This document shows positions 30,037 through 45,070 of a DNA stretch of 64,000 nucleotides, piece after piece. Location: contig OZ024760.1 of assembly GCA_964016885.1 (NCBI GenBank), forward strand, positions 16,182,001-16,246,000, given 5' to 3'. The DNA comes from Eledone cirrhosa. Taxonomy: Eukaryota. Within the stretch, counting starts at the first letter, position 1. Every line of letters begins with the position of its first letter. Both the position numbers and the translations under genes were made by a program. The notes beneath the pieces are model-generated. The model saw nothing but the letters and a program-made list of their open reading frames with translations, searched no databases and was not told where the DNA came from.

Positions 30037-30245
30037 GTTTTTTCTCTCTCTTTCTCTCCCCTCTCTCTCCCCTCTCTCTCCCCTCTCTCTCCCACTCTCT
30101 ATATATCTGTTTTTTAACAGTGGTTACCCCCCTTTCCTTCCCGATTCGGAAACTTCAACGAAATGCAACTCCCCCATCTTCGTTTATGTTGAATCTTGTT
30201 GGTGGTGCGAGTACGGAGTTAAATTTATAATATATATATATATAT

Positions 30246-30305
30246 GAAAATGTTCAAGACCCCGACGGCAGAGCTCAAGCCGTTTCGACGGCTATTTCTG
30301 GACTA

Positions 30306-30345
<40 letters not shown>

Positions 30346-30621
30346 ATATATATTTATATATATATATACATATATGAGTCCAGAAATAGCCGTCGAAACG
30401 GCTTGAGCTCTGCCGTCGGGGTCTTGAACATTTTCCTGTTACCCACTCTACTACCCTAAGTATTTATATATATATATAAAACAAAGAAAGTGTGGTAAGG
30501 AACCAGATGGACCATAACGCACCAGAGTACTCAATACTTAGGGTAGTAGAGTGGGTAATAGGAAAAGAGTCAGGACCCCGACGGCTGGGCTCCGACCGTT
30601 TCGACAGCTAGATCTGAACTC

Positions 30622-30624
<3 letters not shown>
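30246..30624. mobile_element. Two adjacent family B elements (hairpin with microsatellite spacer 30246-30464; - strand copy 30478-30624)
   Basis: Same GACCCCGACGGC..AGCCGTTTCGAC arms and tail as 20757. Confidence 0.7.
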
Positions 30625-30685
<61 letters not shown>

Positions 30686-30799
30686 TGTGTTTCAGATCGT
30701 GAAGGGTAGAAGTAAAACAACAATAGCCAAAAGAGGGTGCCATCGGGTGGGATATGTAAAAGATCCGGTTACGTTCAGTCGGGGTATGTGAAGTACGTA

Positions 30800-30832
<33 letters not shown>

Positions 30833-30916
30833 AAGTGTGTCTGTGTGTGTGTGAGTGCATGTGTATGAGTGTATGTGTCCAGTTATGAGTGCATGTGTGT
30901 GTAAGTGTGTGTATGA

Positions 30917-30958
<42 letters not shown>

Positions 30959-31113
30959 ATATGTGTATATGTGTGTGTGTCTGTGTGTATTAGTTGCTAG
31001 TTGTTGTGTGACCCTGGTAGAGAACATATAAGCGACGGGGAAAGGGAGGGGCTATTGAAATATGATCAGTCGGTAATAGTCACACACAGACACACACACA
31101 CACATAGACACAG

Positions 31114-31147
<34 letters not shown>

Positions 31148-31341
31148 AGACACATAGACACACACACACACACATAAACACACACACACACACACACACA
31201 TAGACACATAGACACAGACACACACACACACACATAGACAGACACACACACAGACACACACACATAGACAGACACACACAGACACACAGACACACACATA
31301 GACACAGACACAGACAGACACACACATACAGACACACACAC

Positions 31342-31390
<49 letters not shown>

Positions 31391-31805
31391 CACGTGCACG
31401 CAGATCATAGAGACAGACACACACAAACATACTCAGACAAACACGCAGACTTACAGACAGACACACACACAGACACATCCAGAGACACAGACACACACAC
31501 ACACATACCCATATATATGTATATATATATATATATACATATACATACATACACATACACAGAGACACATACATACATACATACATACATACACACAGAG
31601 ACACATACATACACACAGACACACATACATACACACAGAGACACATACATACATACACACAGAGACACATACATACATACACACAGACACACATACATAC
31701 ACAGACATTGTGTCGGAGTGTCAGCCAGATTAATCGAGAAGAGGAACTTCATGTCCCATACTTACTGCTTCACATTCTGATGTCTTTCTTTGTATGTGTG
31801 AGTGT

Positions 31806-31844
<39 letters not shown>

Positions 31845-31847
31845 TGT

Positions 31848-31889
<42 letters not shown>

Positions 31890-31892
31890 ATG

Positions 31893-31929
<37 letters not shown>

Positions 31930-31940
31930 GTATGTATGTA

Positions 31941-32063
31941 TTGGGTCGTCAAGTATGAAATTTGTAGAAATTTGTTTGTTTTTCTACAAATTTCTACAAA
32001 TTTCATACTTGACGACCCAGTATATGTATATATGGGTATGTGTATATTTATATATGTGTGTAA

Positions 32064-32105
<42 letters not shown>

Positions 32106-32220
32106 TTTATATATATATATATAAATATATAAATATATATATTGGGTCGTCAGGTATGAAATTTGTAGAAATTTGTTTTTATTCTACAAATCTCTACAAA
32201 TTTCATATTTGACGACCCAA
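31941..32220. mobile_element. Two 80-bp mariner-like hairpin MITEs (31941-32020 and 32142-32220)
   Basis: TA|TTGGGTCGTCAAGTATGAAATTTGTAGAAATTTG ... CAAATTTCTACAAATTTCATACTTGACGACCCA(G/A)|TA. Confidence 0.75.
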
Positions 32221-32566
32221 TATATGTATATATGGGTATGTGTATAATTCTCACTTATGGGTATATTTATATATGTGTGTCTGTGTGTCTATGTGTGTGT
32301 ATATATATATATATATGTGTGTCTGTGTGTCTATGTGTGTGTATATATATATATATATGTGTGTCTGTGTGTCTATGTGTGTGTATATATATATATATGT
32401 GTGTCTGTGTGTCTGTGTGTGTATATATATATATATATGTGTGTCTGTGTGTCTATGTGTATGTGTCTCTCTCTCGTTGTATATATACTTCACTATCTAT
32501 CTATAAGAAAGATATCTATATAAAGAAATATATGTTTATATATATATATATATATATGTCTGTCAG

Positions 32567-32656
<90 letters not shown>

Positions 32657-32668
32657 CCTCCTCTCTCT

Positions 32669-32705
<37 letters not shown>

Positions 32706-32711
32706 TATATA

Positions 32712-32808
32712 CAGGGTGTCGCAAAAAATGTATACCCAATTTGATCACATACATGCATATTTACTAGAATGCTGTTGAAGTGTGTATACAGTTTTGGGGG
32801 ACACCCTA
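32712..32808. mobile_element. Tc1/mariner MITE of about 97 bp
   Basis: TA|CAGGGTGTCGCAAAAAATGTATAC ... GTATACAGTTTTGGGGGACACCCT. Confidence 0.7.
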
Positions 32809-32839
32809 TATATATATGTGTGTGTGTGTGTGTGCTTGC

Positions 32840-32881
<42 letters not shown>

Positions 32882-32884
<3 letters not shown>

Positions 32885-33214
32885 AAGTTATATTTAAAAT
32901 TGTTGGGTTACAACTAGTAAATATTTATAACTGATATAAAAGCACTCGACAAATATTTGGAGTATATTTACAATATTAAATAAATGGAAAACTATATTTA
33001 TAAAACCATATTTATTTCATTATATATATTTCGGGGATATCATATTAACAATATGCTATGCCTTCATCAGACAAAATACAATATAAACAGTTTTAAAACT
33101 GTTTATATTGTATTTTGTCTGATGAAGGCATAGCATATTGTTAATATGATATCCCCGAAATATATATAATGAAATAAATATGGTTTTATAAATATAGTTT
33201 TCCATTTATTTAAT

Positions 33215-33220
<6 letters not shown>
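32882..33220 (-). mobile_element. Penelope-like terminus, family A, with a perfect 252-bp palindrome (32969-33220), inside (TA)n
   Basis: 126-bp arms with no spacer (centre TTTT|AAAA 33091-33098). One arm extends as an unpaired tail to (TA)n. Relatives at 14176, 40664 and 51938. Confidence 0.7.
33111..33176 (+). ncRNA. Type I hammerhead ribozyme, family A (mirror copy on - strand at 33013-33078)
   Basis: Stem I TATTTTGT/ATGAAATA, core CTGATGA, stem II GG.ATA.CATATT-gtt-AATATG.TAT.CC, GAAA, palindromic stem III ATATATAT, cleavage triplet AUA. Confidence 0.75.
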
Positions 33221-33274
<54 letters not shown>

Positions 33275-33429
33275 TGACGTGACGGGATTGCACTCACAAC
33301 ACATCGGTCAGTCGGATGTTATAGCAGAAGACATTTGCTGAGGGGGTCACACGGCGGGACTGAACCCAGGACCACCTGGCTGCAATTAAGCTACCATATG
33401 ATAGATATTGAAACAGGGATTTCTTAAAG

Positions 33430-33730
33430 TTTGTCTGTCTCGAGCCCTGAGGCTCACCAGGGCTGGTACTTATCCCGGTTTCCGCCACATGAAGCGACTG
33501 AGAGTGCAAGGCTCCCTATCCCCCCTGGACAAGAAGCCTGTCAGTCGCAGGGTTAAACTCCCAGCTACGGGTACTCATTTTCAGCTAAGTATACTGGAGT
33601 ATACCGAAGCAACGTGAAATGAAGTGTCTTGCTCAAGAACACAACACACAACACACAACCCAACCCAGGAGTCGAACACACGACATTATGATCTTAAATC
33701 CAACACCCTTACCACTAGACCACGTGCTTC
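33430..33730 (-). mobile_element. tRNA-derived CORE-type SINE (family 2); heads also at 39863-39980(+), 62503-62645(+), 6595-6660(-) and 15005-15073(-)
   Basis: tRNA-like A/B boxes (TGGCTGAGTGGTT, GAGTTCGATTCC) followed by CORE-like CCTTGAGCAAGACACTTTATTTCACGTTGCT. Confidence 0.75.
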
Positions 33731-34232
33731 CCGTGAGAGAACAAGACTTACCCTGGACAAGAACACAACACCCAACCCAACCCAGGAATCGAACCCACGA
33801 TATCATGATTGTAAGTTCAACATCCTTACCATCAGACTCCGCCCCTCCACTGGATTTCTTAAAGGGACACACTAAACATACGGTGAGATAATTGTTTCTA
33901 CGTTAGGCACAAGGCCAGCAATTACCCCAGTGCATTACTGGTACTTTTATTTTATCGACCCCGTAAGGATGAAAGGCAAAGTTAACCTCGGCGGGATTTG
34001 AACTCAGAATGGCAAGGGCCGTAACTCTATGCGTCAAAGCATGGCGTCCGACTCTCTACCGATTCTGCCAAATGAAATACCATATGAGTAAAGCAAGACG
34101 TAACGGTTCGATTCCTACTCAAATCTCTTTGCCGTATTATATATACATCGCTTCTATATGTATATATATATATATAAATATAAATATATAGTGTTTGTGT
34201 GTGTATGTATACATGTATATATAGTCAGAATC

Positions 34233-34271
<39 letters not shown>

Positions 34272-34335
34272 TATGGGGAAAGAGTCAGGACCCCAACCGC
34301 CGTTTTGACTACACATACACACACACACACACACA

Positions 34336-34397
<62 letters not shown>

Positions 34398-34430
34398 TTA
34401 CATATATATATATATATATACACACACACA

Positions 34431-34472
<42 letters not shown>

Positions 34473-34755
34473 TACGGAGTGGGTAGGAGAGAAAATTGTG
34501 GAATGTGGAGTAAAATGTGGTGTTGTGGTATTCATGCATTTCATGTCATAAATGAGAGTTAGTTAAATTACTATTAGTTGGTGTAGAAGGAGTGAAAGAA
34601 AGAGGAGAGATAGTGAGAGTGAGAGAGCAATATAGAGGGGGGGGGGGAGAAAGAGAGGAGAGAGAGAAGGGGAAGAGAGAGAGAGAGAGAGAGAGGGGGG
34701 GAGAGATATCGATTGTGGAACCTGTTCACAAAATTATGGTCGCCTTACCTCCTTA

Positions 34756-36330
34756 CAACATCAACACAACCTACCCCGAAACACCACCACTACACCACCA
34801 CCACAACATCAACACAACCTACCCCGACACACCACCACTACACCACCACCACAACATCAACACAACCTACCCCGAAACACCACCACTACACCACCACCAC
34901 AACATCAACACAACCTACCCCGAAACACCACCACTACACCACCACCACAACATCAACACAACCTACCCCGAAACACCACCACTACACCACCACCACAACA
35001 TCAACACAACCTACCCCGACACACCACCACTACACCACCACCACAACATCAACACAACCTACCCCGACACACCACCACTACACCACCACCACAACATCAA
35101 CACAACCTACCCCGAAACACCACCACTACACCACCACCACAACATCAACACAACCTACCCCGACACACCACCACTACACCACCACCACAACATCAACACA
35201 ACCTACCCCGACACACCACCACTACACCACCACCACAACATCAACACAACCTACCCCGAAACACCACCACTACACCACCACCACAACATCAACACAACCT
35301 ACCCCGACACACCACCACTACACCACCACCACAACATCAACACAACCTACCCCGACACACCACCACTACACCACCACCACAACATCAACACAACCTACCC
35401 CGACACACCACCACTACACCACCACCACAACATCAACACAACCTACCCCGACACACCACCACTACACCACCACCACAACATCAACACAACCTACCCCGAC
35501 ACACCACCACTACACCACCACCACAACATCAACACAACCTACCCCGACACACCACCACTACACCACCACCACAACATCAACACAACCTACCCCGACACAC
35601 CACCACTACACCACCACCACAACATCAACATCACTACACCACCACCACAACATCAACACAACCTACCCCAACACACCACCACCACTGCCACCACAACATC
35701 AACATCACTACACCACCACCACAACATCAACATCACTACACCACCACCACAACATCAACACAACCTACCCCAACACACCACCACCACTGCCACCACAACA
35801 TCAACATCACTACACCACCACCACAACATCAACACAACCTACCCCAACACACCACCACCACTGCCACCACAACATCAACATCACTACACCACCACCAAAA
35901 CATCAACATCACTACACCACCACCACAACATCAACACAACCTACCCCAACACACCACCACCACTGCCACCACAACATCAACATCACTACACCACCACCAC
36001 AACATCAACATCACTACACCACCACCACAACATCAACACAACCTACCCCAACATACCACCACCACTGCCACCACAACATCAACATCACTACACCACCACC
36101 ACAACATCAACACAACCTACCCCAACACACCACCACCACTGCCACCACAACATCAACATCACTACACCACCACCACAACATCAACACAACCTACCCCAAC
36201 ACACCACCACCACTGCCACCACAACATCAACATCACTACACCACCACCACAACATCAACACAACCTACCCCAACACACCACCACCACTGCCACCACAACA
36301 TCAACATCACTACACCACCACCAGAACATC
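34756..36330 (+). repeat. 45-bp minisatellite (about 19 regular units to 35630, then rearranged subunits)
   Basis: CAACATCAACACAACCTACCCCGA(A/C)ACACCACCACTACACCACCA tandem. Confidence 0.92.
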
Positions 36331-37797
36331 AACAGAAACCATCCCCTAAGCAAACACCACCACCGACCCCCCCCCCCCCAACTACACCACCACACCACAA
36401 CCACCAACACTACACCACAACCACCAACACTACACCACAACCAACACTACACCACCACAACCACCAACACTACACCACAACCAACACTACACCACCACAC
36501 CACAACCACCAACACTACACCACAACCACCAACACTACACCACTACCACCACCAACAACAACATTACACCATTACCACCACCACGACCTCCACCACCATA
36601 ACTAACCGTCAAGAGAACTCCCTCACCCATCTCCCCCCAGCCACCACACCAACGGAATTCCCTCCACCTCCACCACCATCCCACAACAGACATCACCCCC
36701 CCCCCTGCCCTGCCTTCAGCAGCTCTATCTTCAAACTCCGCCACACTTCCACCCACCAGCCCTCCACCCCACCACTCCGCCACCGGTCCTCACCCCCACC
36801 GTCACTTCATTACCCACCTCACCCCTCCACGCCGCCACCGACAGCATTCCCTCCAACATCTCCTCACCTCCACTCCACCACAAGCACCACACCAACGCGA
36901 CCTCTTCCACGACACCACCACCACCACCACCACACCCGTTCTCCACCCTATTCCCCCACCCCCTCCACACCACATACTACCACAGTACATAACCTTCCTC
37001 CAGCCTCCCCCACACCACACCACCACACCTTCCTCCACCCACTGCACACCCCCCCACCCTCACCTCAACCGCCCTCCCATCTCCCCCCCCCCCCTCCACA
37101 CCACATACTACCACAGTACATAACCTAACACACCACCCCACTACAACCTCCCTCCCTCCCTCCCTCCCTCCCTCCAAACTCCCCTCACCCAACCACAGTA
37201 CATAACCTTCTACCACCACCACCACCACCCATCCTCCTTCTACACCACAACTACCCCCCCCCCCCCCCCCGCACCACCGCCCCTACCCCCAACCTCCCTT
37301 TACCCCCCAACTTCCCTCTGCACCCCCACTACCACCTCCACCACCACCACCACCACCACCACCACAGTAATAACCTCCCTCTACACCCCCCAACCTCCCT
37401 CTACACCACCACCCCAACCTCCCTCTACACCACCACCACCACACCACCACCACCACCACACCACCACCACACCACCACACCACCACCACCACCACACCAC
37501 CACCACCACCACACCACCACCACCACCACACCACCACCACCACCACACCACCACACCACCACCACCACCACACCACCACCACCACCACACCACCACCACC
37601 ACCACACCACCACCACCACACCACCACCACCACCACCACACCACCACCACACCACCACCACCACCACCACCACCACAGTACATAACCTCCCTCTACAAGA
37701 CGCTGTACTTACACATACACACACACCTAGCTTGCAGCTGCTTACAACACCTTGTGCACGTTCAGTGCAGCTCATCACTGCTGGCACACTCAGCTGC

Positions 37798-37840
<43 letters not shown>

Positions 37841-38009
37841 CATACATACATACATACATACATACATACATACATACACATACATACATACACACATACA
37901 CACACACATATATATATACATACATACACACACACACATATATATACATACATACACACACACATATATATATATACATACATACATACATACATATACA
38001 TACATATAT

Positions 38010-38046
<37 letters not shown>

Positions 38047-38081
38047 CACATAAACATACATACATAAACATACATACATAA

Positions 38082-38121
<40 letters not shown>

Positions 38122-38472
38122 CCATACGTACATCAATTCGCACTGAGAAACACGAGTGAACACACGCACGCACGAACACAGAGTACACACGAACACACAC
38201 ATATGTAAATATATATATATATATAGAAATTGGAATAATATATACACACACATAGAGACATACACGTGTGTATAGAGTGATGTGCACACATGCTCGTCTG
38301 CAGCTGCCTGCTTGCCTATCGTATGCATTTCTTCCATACAAGACAGAGCCACAGTTCAACGCAAGGGTAGGGCTTTACCAGGGCCGCACGTATACAGTTA
38401 TAAGGTAAATCACTTCTATTGTTTCTATATGTTTATATATACATACATACATGCACATATATACACACATAT

Positions 38473-38569
<97 letters not shown>

Positions 38570-38605
38570 CATACATATATATACCTACATACACACACAC
38601 AGACA

Positions 38606-38672
<67 letters not shown>

Positions 38673-38703
38673 CACACATACATATATAATGTATACATAC
38701 ATG

Positions 38704-38743
<40 letters not shown>

Positions 38744-39102
38744 AATGTATATTTATATTTGTATATGTACAAGTGTGTATATATTTATTGAAGTTTATAT
38801 GCCGAGAGACAATTACTTTGGGACGTTATATATATATATATATATATACACATATATATATATATGTGTGTGTGTGTGAGTGTGTGTGTGTGTGTGCAGA
38901 CATATATATATATATATATATGGGTGTGTGTGTATATATATATATATCACATATACATTATTTATTCATAAAACAAGTACTAAATGTATATATATATGTA
39001 TATATATATATATATATATACACATTTATGTAAGGTGTCATGATCAAAGGTATCTATCTGCGGGTGGTTATGACTGTAGCAGCCCCACCTCCACCGCACC
39101 GG

Positions 39103-39145
<43 letters not shown>

Positions 39146-39482
39146 CGTACACACAGTACACACACATGCCAAATGTATTGTCAGTGTGACCCCCTTTTCG
39201 AAGAAACAGCATGGAATGACACAATCGACTTAAAGAATTGGTTGGTTCCAGTAGAATCCCTGTGTGTATGTGTGTATGTATGTATGTATGTATGTATGTA
39301 TGTATGTATGTACGTATGTATGTACGTATGTATGTATGTAGGTATGTATGTATGTATGTATGTATGTATGTATGTATGTATGTATGTATGTATGTACGTA
39401 TGTATGTACGTATGTATGTATGTATGTACGTATGTATGTACGTACGTATGTATGTATGTATGTATGTATGTATGCATACATA

Positions 39483-39526
39483 CTGATGATTTCTCACGAA
39501 TGAAACAGTTCTAGTCCTGTAGAAGC
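39483..39526 (+). ncRNA. Hammerhead core, family C, lacking the 5' strand of stem I
   Basis: CTGATGA TTTC-tcac-GAAT GAAACAG TTCTAGTC CTGTA; differs from 53788 in the stem II loop and downstream of the core. Confidence 0.6.
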
Positions 39527-39536
39527 TTTCTATATC

Positions 39537-39609
<73 letters not shown>

Positions 39610-39696
39610 GAGTTAAACAATATTAAATGAGTGTACATCAAAAATGAGTTTTACAGTAGATTGGAAGCACTCTACAAGAAAAAAATAATTTACAGA

Positions 39697-39787
<91 letters not shown>

Positions 39788-40086
39788 AAAGGGTGTGGTA
39801 AAATACCAGGCGGACCAGAACCCACCAGAGTACTCGATAGTAGAGTGGATAATATAAAAAGAAGGCGTGTGGCTGAGTGGTTAGAGAATTGGATTCGCAA
39901 TCGTAAGGTTGTGAGTTCGATTCCTGGACAGGGAGATGCGTTACGTCCTTGAGCAAGACACTTTATTTCACGTTGCTCCTTCTACCTGGAGTTACGACCG
40001 ATAGATAGTATTAGCAATTGGAAAGACCAACGGAAACATTGTTTCCTCGGTCCGATTTGACAAAAGTCGATCGTTAAAAATATAAA

Positions 40087-40183
40087 AAGATTCAGGACCC
40101 CGACGGCTGAGCTCTGGCCGTTTCGACAGCTAGATATAGCTGTCGAAACGGCCGGAGCTCAGCCGTCGGGGTCCTGAATCTTC
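40087..40183. mobile_element. Family B palindrome
   Basis: AAGATTCAGGACCCCGACGGCTGAGCTC...CAGCTA gata TAGCTG...GGGGTCCTGAATCTT. Confidence 0.68.
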
Positions 40184-40302
40184 ATATATATATATATATA
40201 TATATAAAAATAACAGATTAAAGTTTAAGCAAAGAATCGCTGCTTATATTTATTCTTATCGAGTCCTCTTTGGATTTTAGTCTTCAAATTTATTATTATT
40301 AC

Positions 40303-40390
<88 letters not shown>

Positions 40391-40422
40391 TAAATGAAAG
40401 GTATATAAGTATATGTGTGTGT

Positions 40423-40465
<43 letters not shown>

Positions 40466-40471
40466 TATATT

Positions 40472-40592
40472 TCGTCACCTCACAAAGGAGATGACGAAAG
40501 ACCGTGACAAATGGAGAGATGCTGAATAGGACTCGTCCAACCCATGCAAGCAAGGAGAAGCGGACGTAAAATGATGATGATGATGATGATGA
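40472..40592 (+). mobile_element. RTE-type 3' end with (TGA)n tail
   Basis: [13 protein letters not shown] coding remnant, then CCAACCCATGCAAGCA...CGGACGTAAAATGATGATG. Confidence 0.6.
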
Positions 40593-40614
40593 TATATATA
40601 AATATATTATATAT

Positions 40615-40664
<50 letters not shown>

Positions 40665-40807
40665 CAAAGGGATATTCAATGTCTTGTTAATTCATTAATT
40701 CAACAATTATAAATGTTTATAACTGATTCAGAGCACTCGACAAGTTTTCTGGAGTATAATATTCAATGATATTAAATAAATGGAAACTATATTTATAAAA
40801 CCATATT

Positions 40808-40868
40808 TATTCTATTATATATATTTCAAGGGTACCAAAACTTTGGTACGCCCTCATCAGATAAAATA
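40808..40868 (-). ncRNA. Type I hammerhead ribozyme, family A variant (element about 40664-40885)
   Basis: Minus strand reads TATTTTAT CTGATGA GGGCGTACCAAA-gt-TTTGGTACCCTT GAAA TATATA TA ATAGAATA; stems I, II and III all form. Confidence 0.75.
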
Positions 40869-40969
40869 CAAAGTTTGTTTTATAAATTTTGACATAACCA
40901 AGAAAAGATACCTTAACGGTTCAAGTTTTTCTATCCAAGAAAAACTTGAACCGTTATGGAATCTAGGAG

Positions 40970-41044
<75 letters not shown>

Positions 41045-41191
41045 GTGTATATATATATATATATATTTTAATTTTATTTTGATCATGCCTTTATATTTAA
41101 TTTCATTTGTACCGTTTCCTCTCACCCCCTTTTTTTCTATATATCTCTCCACCACTCCCCTACACACCCTTGGAACTCTCTTCCCACACAC

Positions 41192-41264
41192 TTTTCACCT
41201 GAAGAAGGGCTTATATGCCCGAAACGTCGTTCCCCACCACGACCCCACTCTCAAGAGCGTGAAA
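41192..41264 (+). ncRNA. Minimal hammerhead core (element about 41080-41320)
   Basis: CTGAAGA AGGGC-ttatat-GCCC GAAACGTC at 41199-41228, with AATAAA downstream. Stem I pairing is uncertain (TTTCAC with GTGAAA at 41259). Confidence 0.68.
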
Positions 41265-41319
41265 CTAATAAACCTTTGTTCGTACTGCCTCTCTGTTTTG
41301 TTCCCGTTCAATTTTTTAC

Positions 41320-41430
<111 letters not shown>

Positions 41431-41602
41431 TTGGTCTGAGTGCTCTCACCCTTGGATATTTCTACCAAACCTTTACTACCGTATATCTATGTACATATAT
41501 ATTATATATATAAGAGATTCTACAGGACTAGAACTTTTATGCTCTGCAATGTATTGAGTACCTTACTTACTGTGGTTACCTCCGATTCAACCCGGAATAA
41601 CG

Positions 41603-41668
<66 letters not shown>

Positions 41669-41849
41669 ATAATAATAAATTTGAAGACTAAAATCCACAG
41701 AGGGCTCGATAAGGGTAAATATATATCAAATATATATCAAAGTTCTTATATATTTGATATATAAGTTAAGGGTGAAAGCAGCGATTCTTTGCTTAAACTT
41801 TAATCTGTTATTTTAATAAATATATATATATATATACATATACACACAC

Positions 41850-41934
<85 letters not shown>

Positions 41935-43460
41935 GATATATATGTATATAGGGAGATCGAGGGAGGGGGCGACCCGTAGATGCGACAGCCGAGAATGAGT
42001 CAAACTTGAAACTCTCGGGATGGTGCGGTTGATATGGTAACGGAATGGGGTTAGGGTGTTTCTGGGTGACAATGGTGATGGGGTGGGGATGCGGGGGGTT
42101 TGGTACCAGAAATAGGTGGGAAGAGGGAGGGAGGGAGGGAGATATTCGGGGTTTTTTTTTAGGTGGGTTAGACGTAGGGCAATATAGGGCAAAGGGAGAT
42201 GAGAGATCCCTAACTTCACCTCTTTCCCCCACCCCCATGGGCCCCTATTTCTCTCTCTCTTTCCCCTATGTCCTTTTGTCCCTCAATCACCCTTCACCCC
42301 CAGCCCTCTCACTTTCCCGTTATAGCCCCGTCACCACCATTACCACTAGCAGCCTCCCAGTACCCGGCATTTATGGCATGGAGGTGGTGGTGGTGCGGGG
42401 AGGGGTCGTGTTGTTAGTGGTTGTGGTGGTGGTGGTGGTGGTGGTAGTGGTGGTGGTGGTAGTTGTAGCGGTGGTGCTTGTGGTGGTGGTGGTGGTAGTG
42501 GTGTGGTAGTGGTGGTGGTGGTAGTTGTAGCGGTGGTGCTTGTGGTGGTGGTGGTGGTAGTGGTGGTGGTGGTAGTGGTGGTAGTTGTAGTGGTGTGGTA
42601 GTGGTGGTGGTGGTTGTAGTGGTGGTGGTGGTGGTGGTAGTGGTGGTGGTGGTAGTTGTAGTGGTGGTGGTAGTGTAAGTTGTTATAGCTGTGGTGTTGG
42701 TGGGTTTAGTGCTAGTGGTGGATGTAGTGATGGTGGTGTTGGTGGCATTGGTTGTGGTGTTGGTGGTGGTGGCATTGGTTGTGGTGTTGGTGGTGGTGGC
42801 AGTGGTTGTGGTGTTGGTGGTGGTAGTAGTGGTTGTGGTGTTGGTGGTGGTAGTAGTGGTTGTGATGATGGTGGAAGTGGTTGTGATGGTGGTTGTGATG
42901 ATCGTGGTGGTGGCGGTCGTTGTGGCGGTGGTGGCGGTGGTGGCGGTCGTTGAGGTGTTGTTGATGGTGGTGGTGGTGGTTGTAGTGGTGGTGGTGTTGG
43001 TGGCAGTGCTGGTGGTTGTGGTTGAGGTGTTGTTGATGGTGGTGGTGGTGTTTGTGATGATCGTGGTGGTGGCGGTCGTTGTGATGGTGGTGGCATTGGT
43101 GGTTGTGGTTGAGGTGTTGGTTGTGGTTGAGGTGTTGGTTGTGGTTGAGGTGTTGTTGATGATGGTGGTGGTGGTAGTGGTGGTGGTGGTGGTGGTGGTA
43201 GGGAGCAGTTGTTAAACGGTACTTGATATCACCAACAGCGAGGAAGATTGAAATATCAAAGTTGTTGTTGTTCTTCTATAGTAGTGCCCCCCCCCCCCCC
43301 CCCCCTTCCCTCATTCCAGCATCAGACCTCTGGAACGTTGGTAGACGGCTGTACTAGGGTGGGGAAAGGGTGCACAGATTTATTATAGCTCTCTCTCAAA
43401 CACACACACATATATATATACGTATATATGTGTGTGTGTGTGTATATATATATGTGTGTA

Positions 43461-43494
<34 letters not shown>

Positions 43495-43582
43495 GTGAGA
43501 GAGAGAGAGAGTTAGATACATATATATATATTTTTTTTTTTTTTTAAATATATATATATGTATATTTATGTGTGTGTATATA

Positions 43583-43634
<52 letters not shown>

Positions 43635-43721
43635 GAGAGAGAGAGTTAGATACATATATATATATATATATATATTATTTTTTTAAATATATATATATGT
43701 ATATTTATGTGTGTGTATATA

Positions 43722-43763
<42 letters not shown>

Positions 43764-43940
43764 AACAAGTAGGACCCCGACGGCTGAGCTCAAGCCGTTT
43801 CGACGACTAATTCTGGACTAACATTTTTTAGCCTGGTAAATGAATAGCCGAACTTCTCAGGGGGTAATTCCATATATGGTAAAAGTGATTGTCACAAGGA
43901 TTGGTCAAAAGTTTGTTGTTAAGACACATGATTCTATCAT

Positions 43941-44336
<396 letters not shown>

Positions 44337-44497
44337 ATAACTTGTGTGTTACACCTCTATTCTTTTAACTATATATATATATATATATATATATAATGAA
44401 TAAATAACCACAGTTTAATTACATTATTTAATAGATTTACGAACGTTTCTTTCAAATACAAAAGGAAGTACCATTTTATTCCTCTGTATATATATTC

Positions 44498-44529
<32 letters not shown>

Positions 44530-44988
44530 CGTGAACATAGTACCCGTCGAAAGTGACTGGGTTTATAGAAAAAAATATTACATTTATTACTTAGCTGAAA
44601 GCCAGCCTTAGTTATGTCGACTAATGATTTAACGAGTAGCATCCTACAATATTTTATAAATGTACTTTAAGGTGGAATTTCTGTGACATATATTAAGAGA
44701 ACTTCATTTTTGGTGAACTTTGGTGAGGATTGGAGGGTTGAATTTCATGTGACTGTGTCAAACGACAATGACATATTAACACCCCCCTCCCCCCCACTTA
44801 CCGGTCTCCATTAAAGACATAGTCGAGGGGTTGTGGGATGGTGGGGGTAGAGAGAGAGAGAGAGAGGGTTATGGTGGTGGTGGTGGTGATGTTGTTGTTG
44901 GTGCTGGTATTGATGTTGGTGGTGATGGTGATGGTAATGGTGGTGATGATGATGATGGGTCTGGTGATGATGATGGTGCTGGTGTTGG

Positions 44989-45070
<82 letters not shown>

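Noticed and set aside
34592-36605. His/Thr/Pro-rich ORFs of 585-630 aa
   Set aside because: 45-bp C/A-rich minisatellite open in several frames, with no codon-position bias, signal peptide or splice support.
39863-39935. tRNA-like sequence (also 62503-62575)
   Set aside because: It runs directly into a CORE-SINE body and the cloverleaf is imperfect, so it is a SINE head rather than a tRNA gene.
41150-41192. Peptide LHTLGTLFPH resembling the C-terminus of Penelope ORFs
   Set aside because: Too short, in low-complexity pyrimidine-rich sequence, with no upstream GIY-YIG motif.
41988-42018. CCGAGAATGAGTCAAACTTGAAACTCTCGG as a possible hammerhead
   Set aside because: It lacks the CUGA of the core; only the flanking stem pairs.
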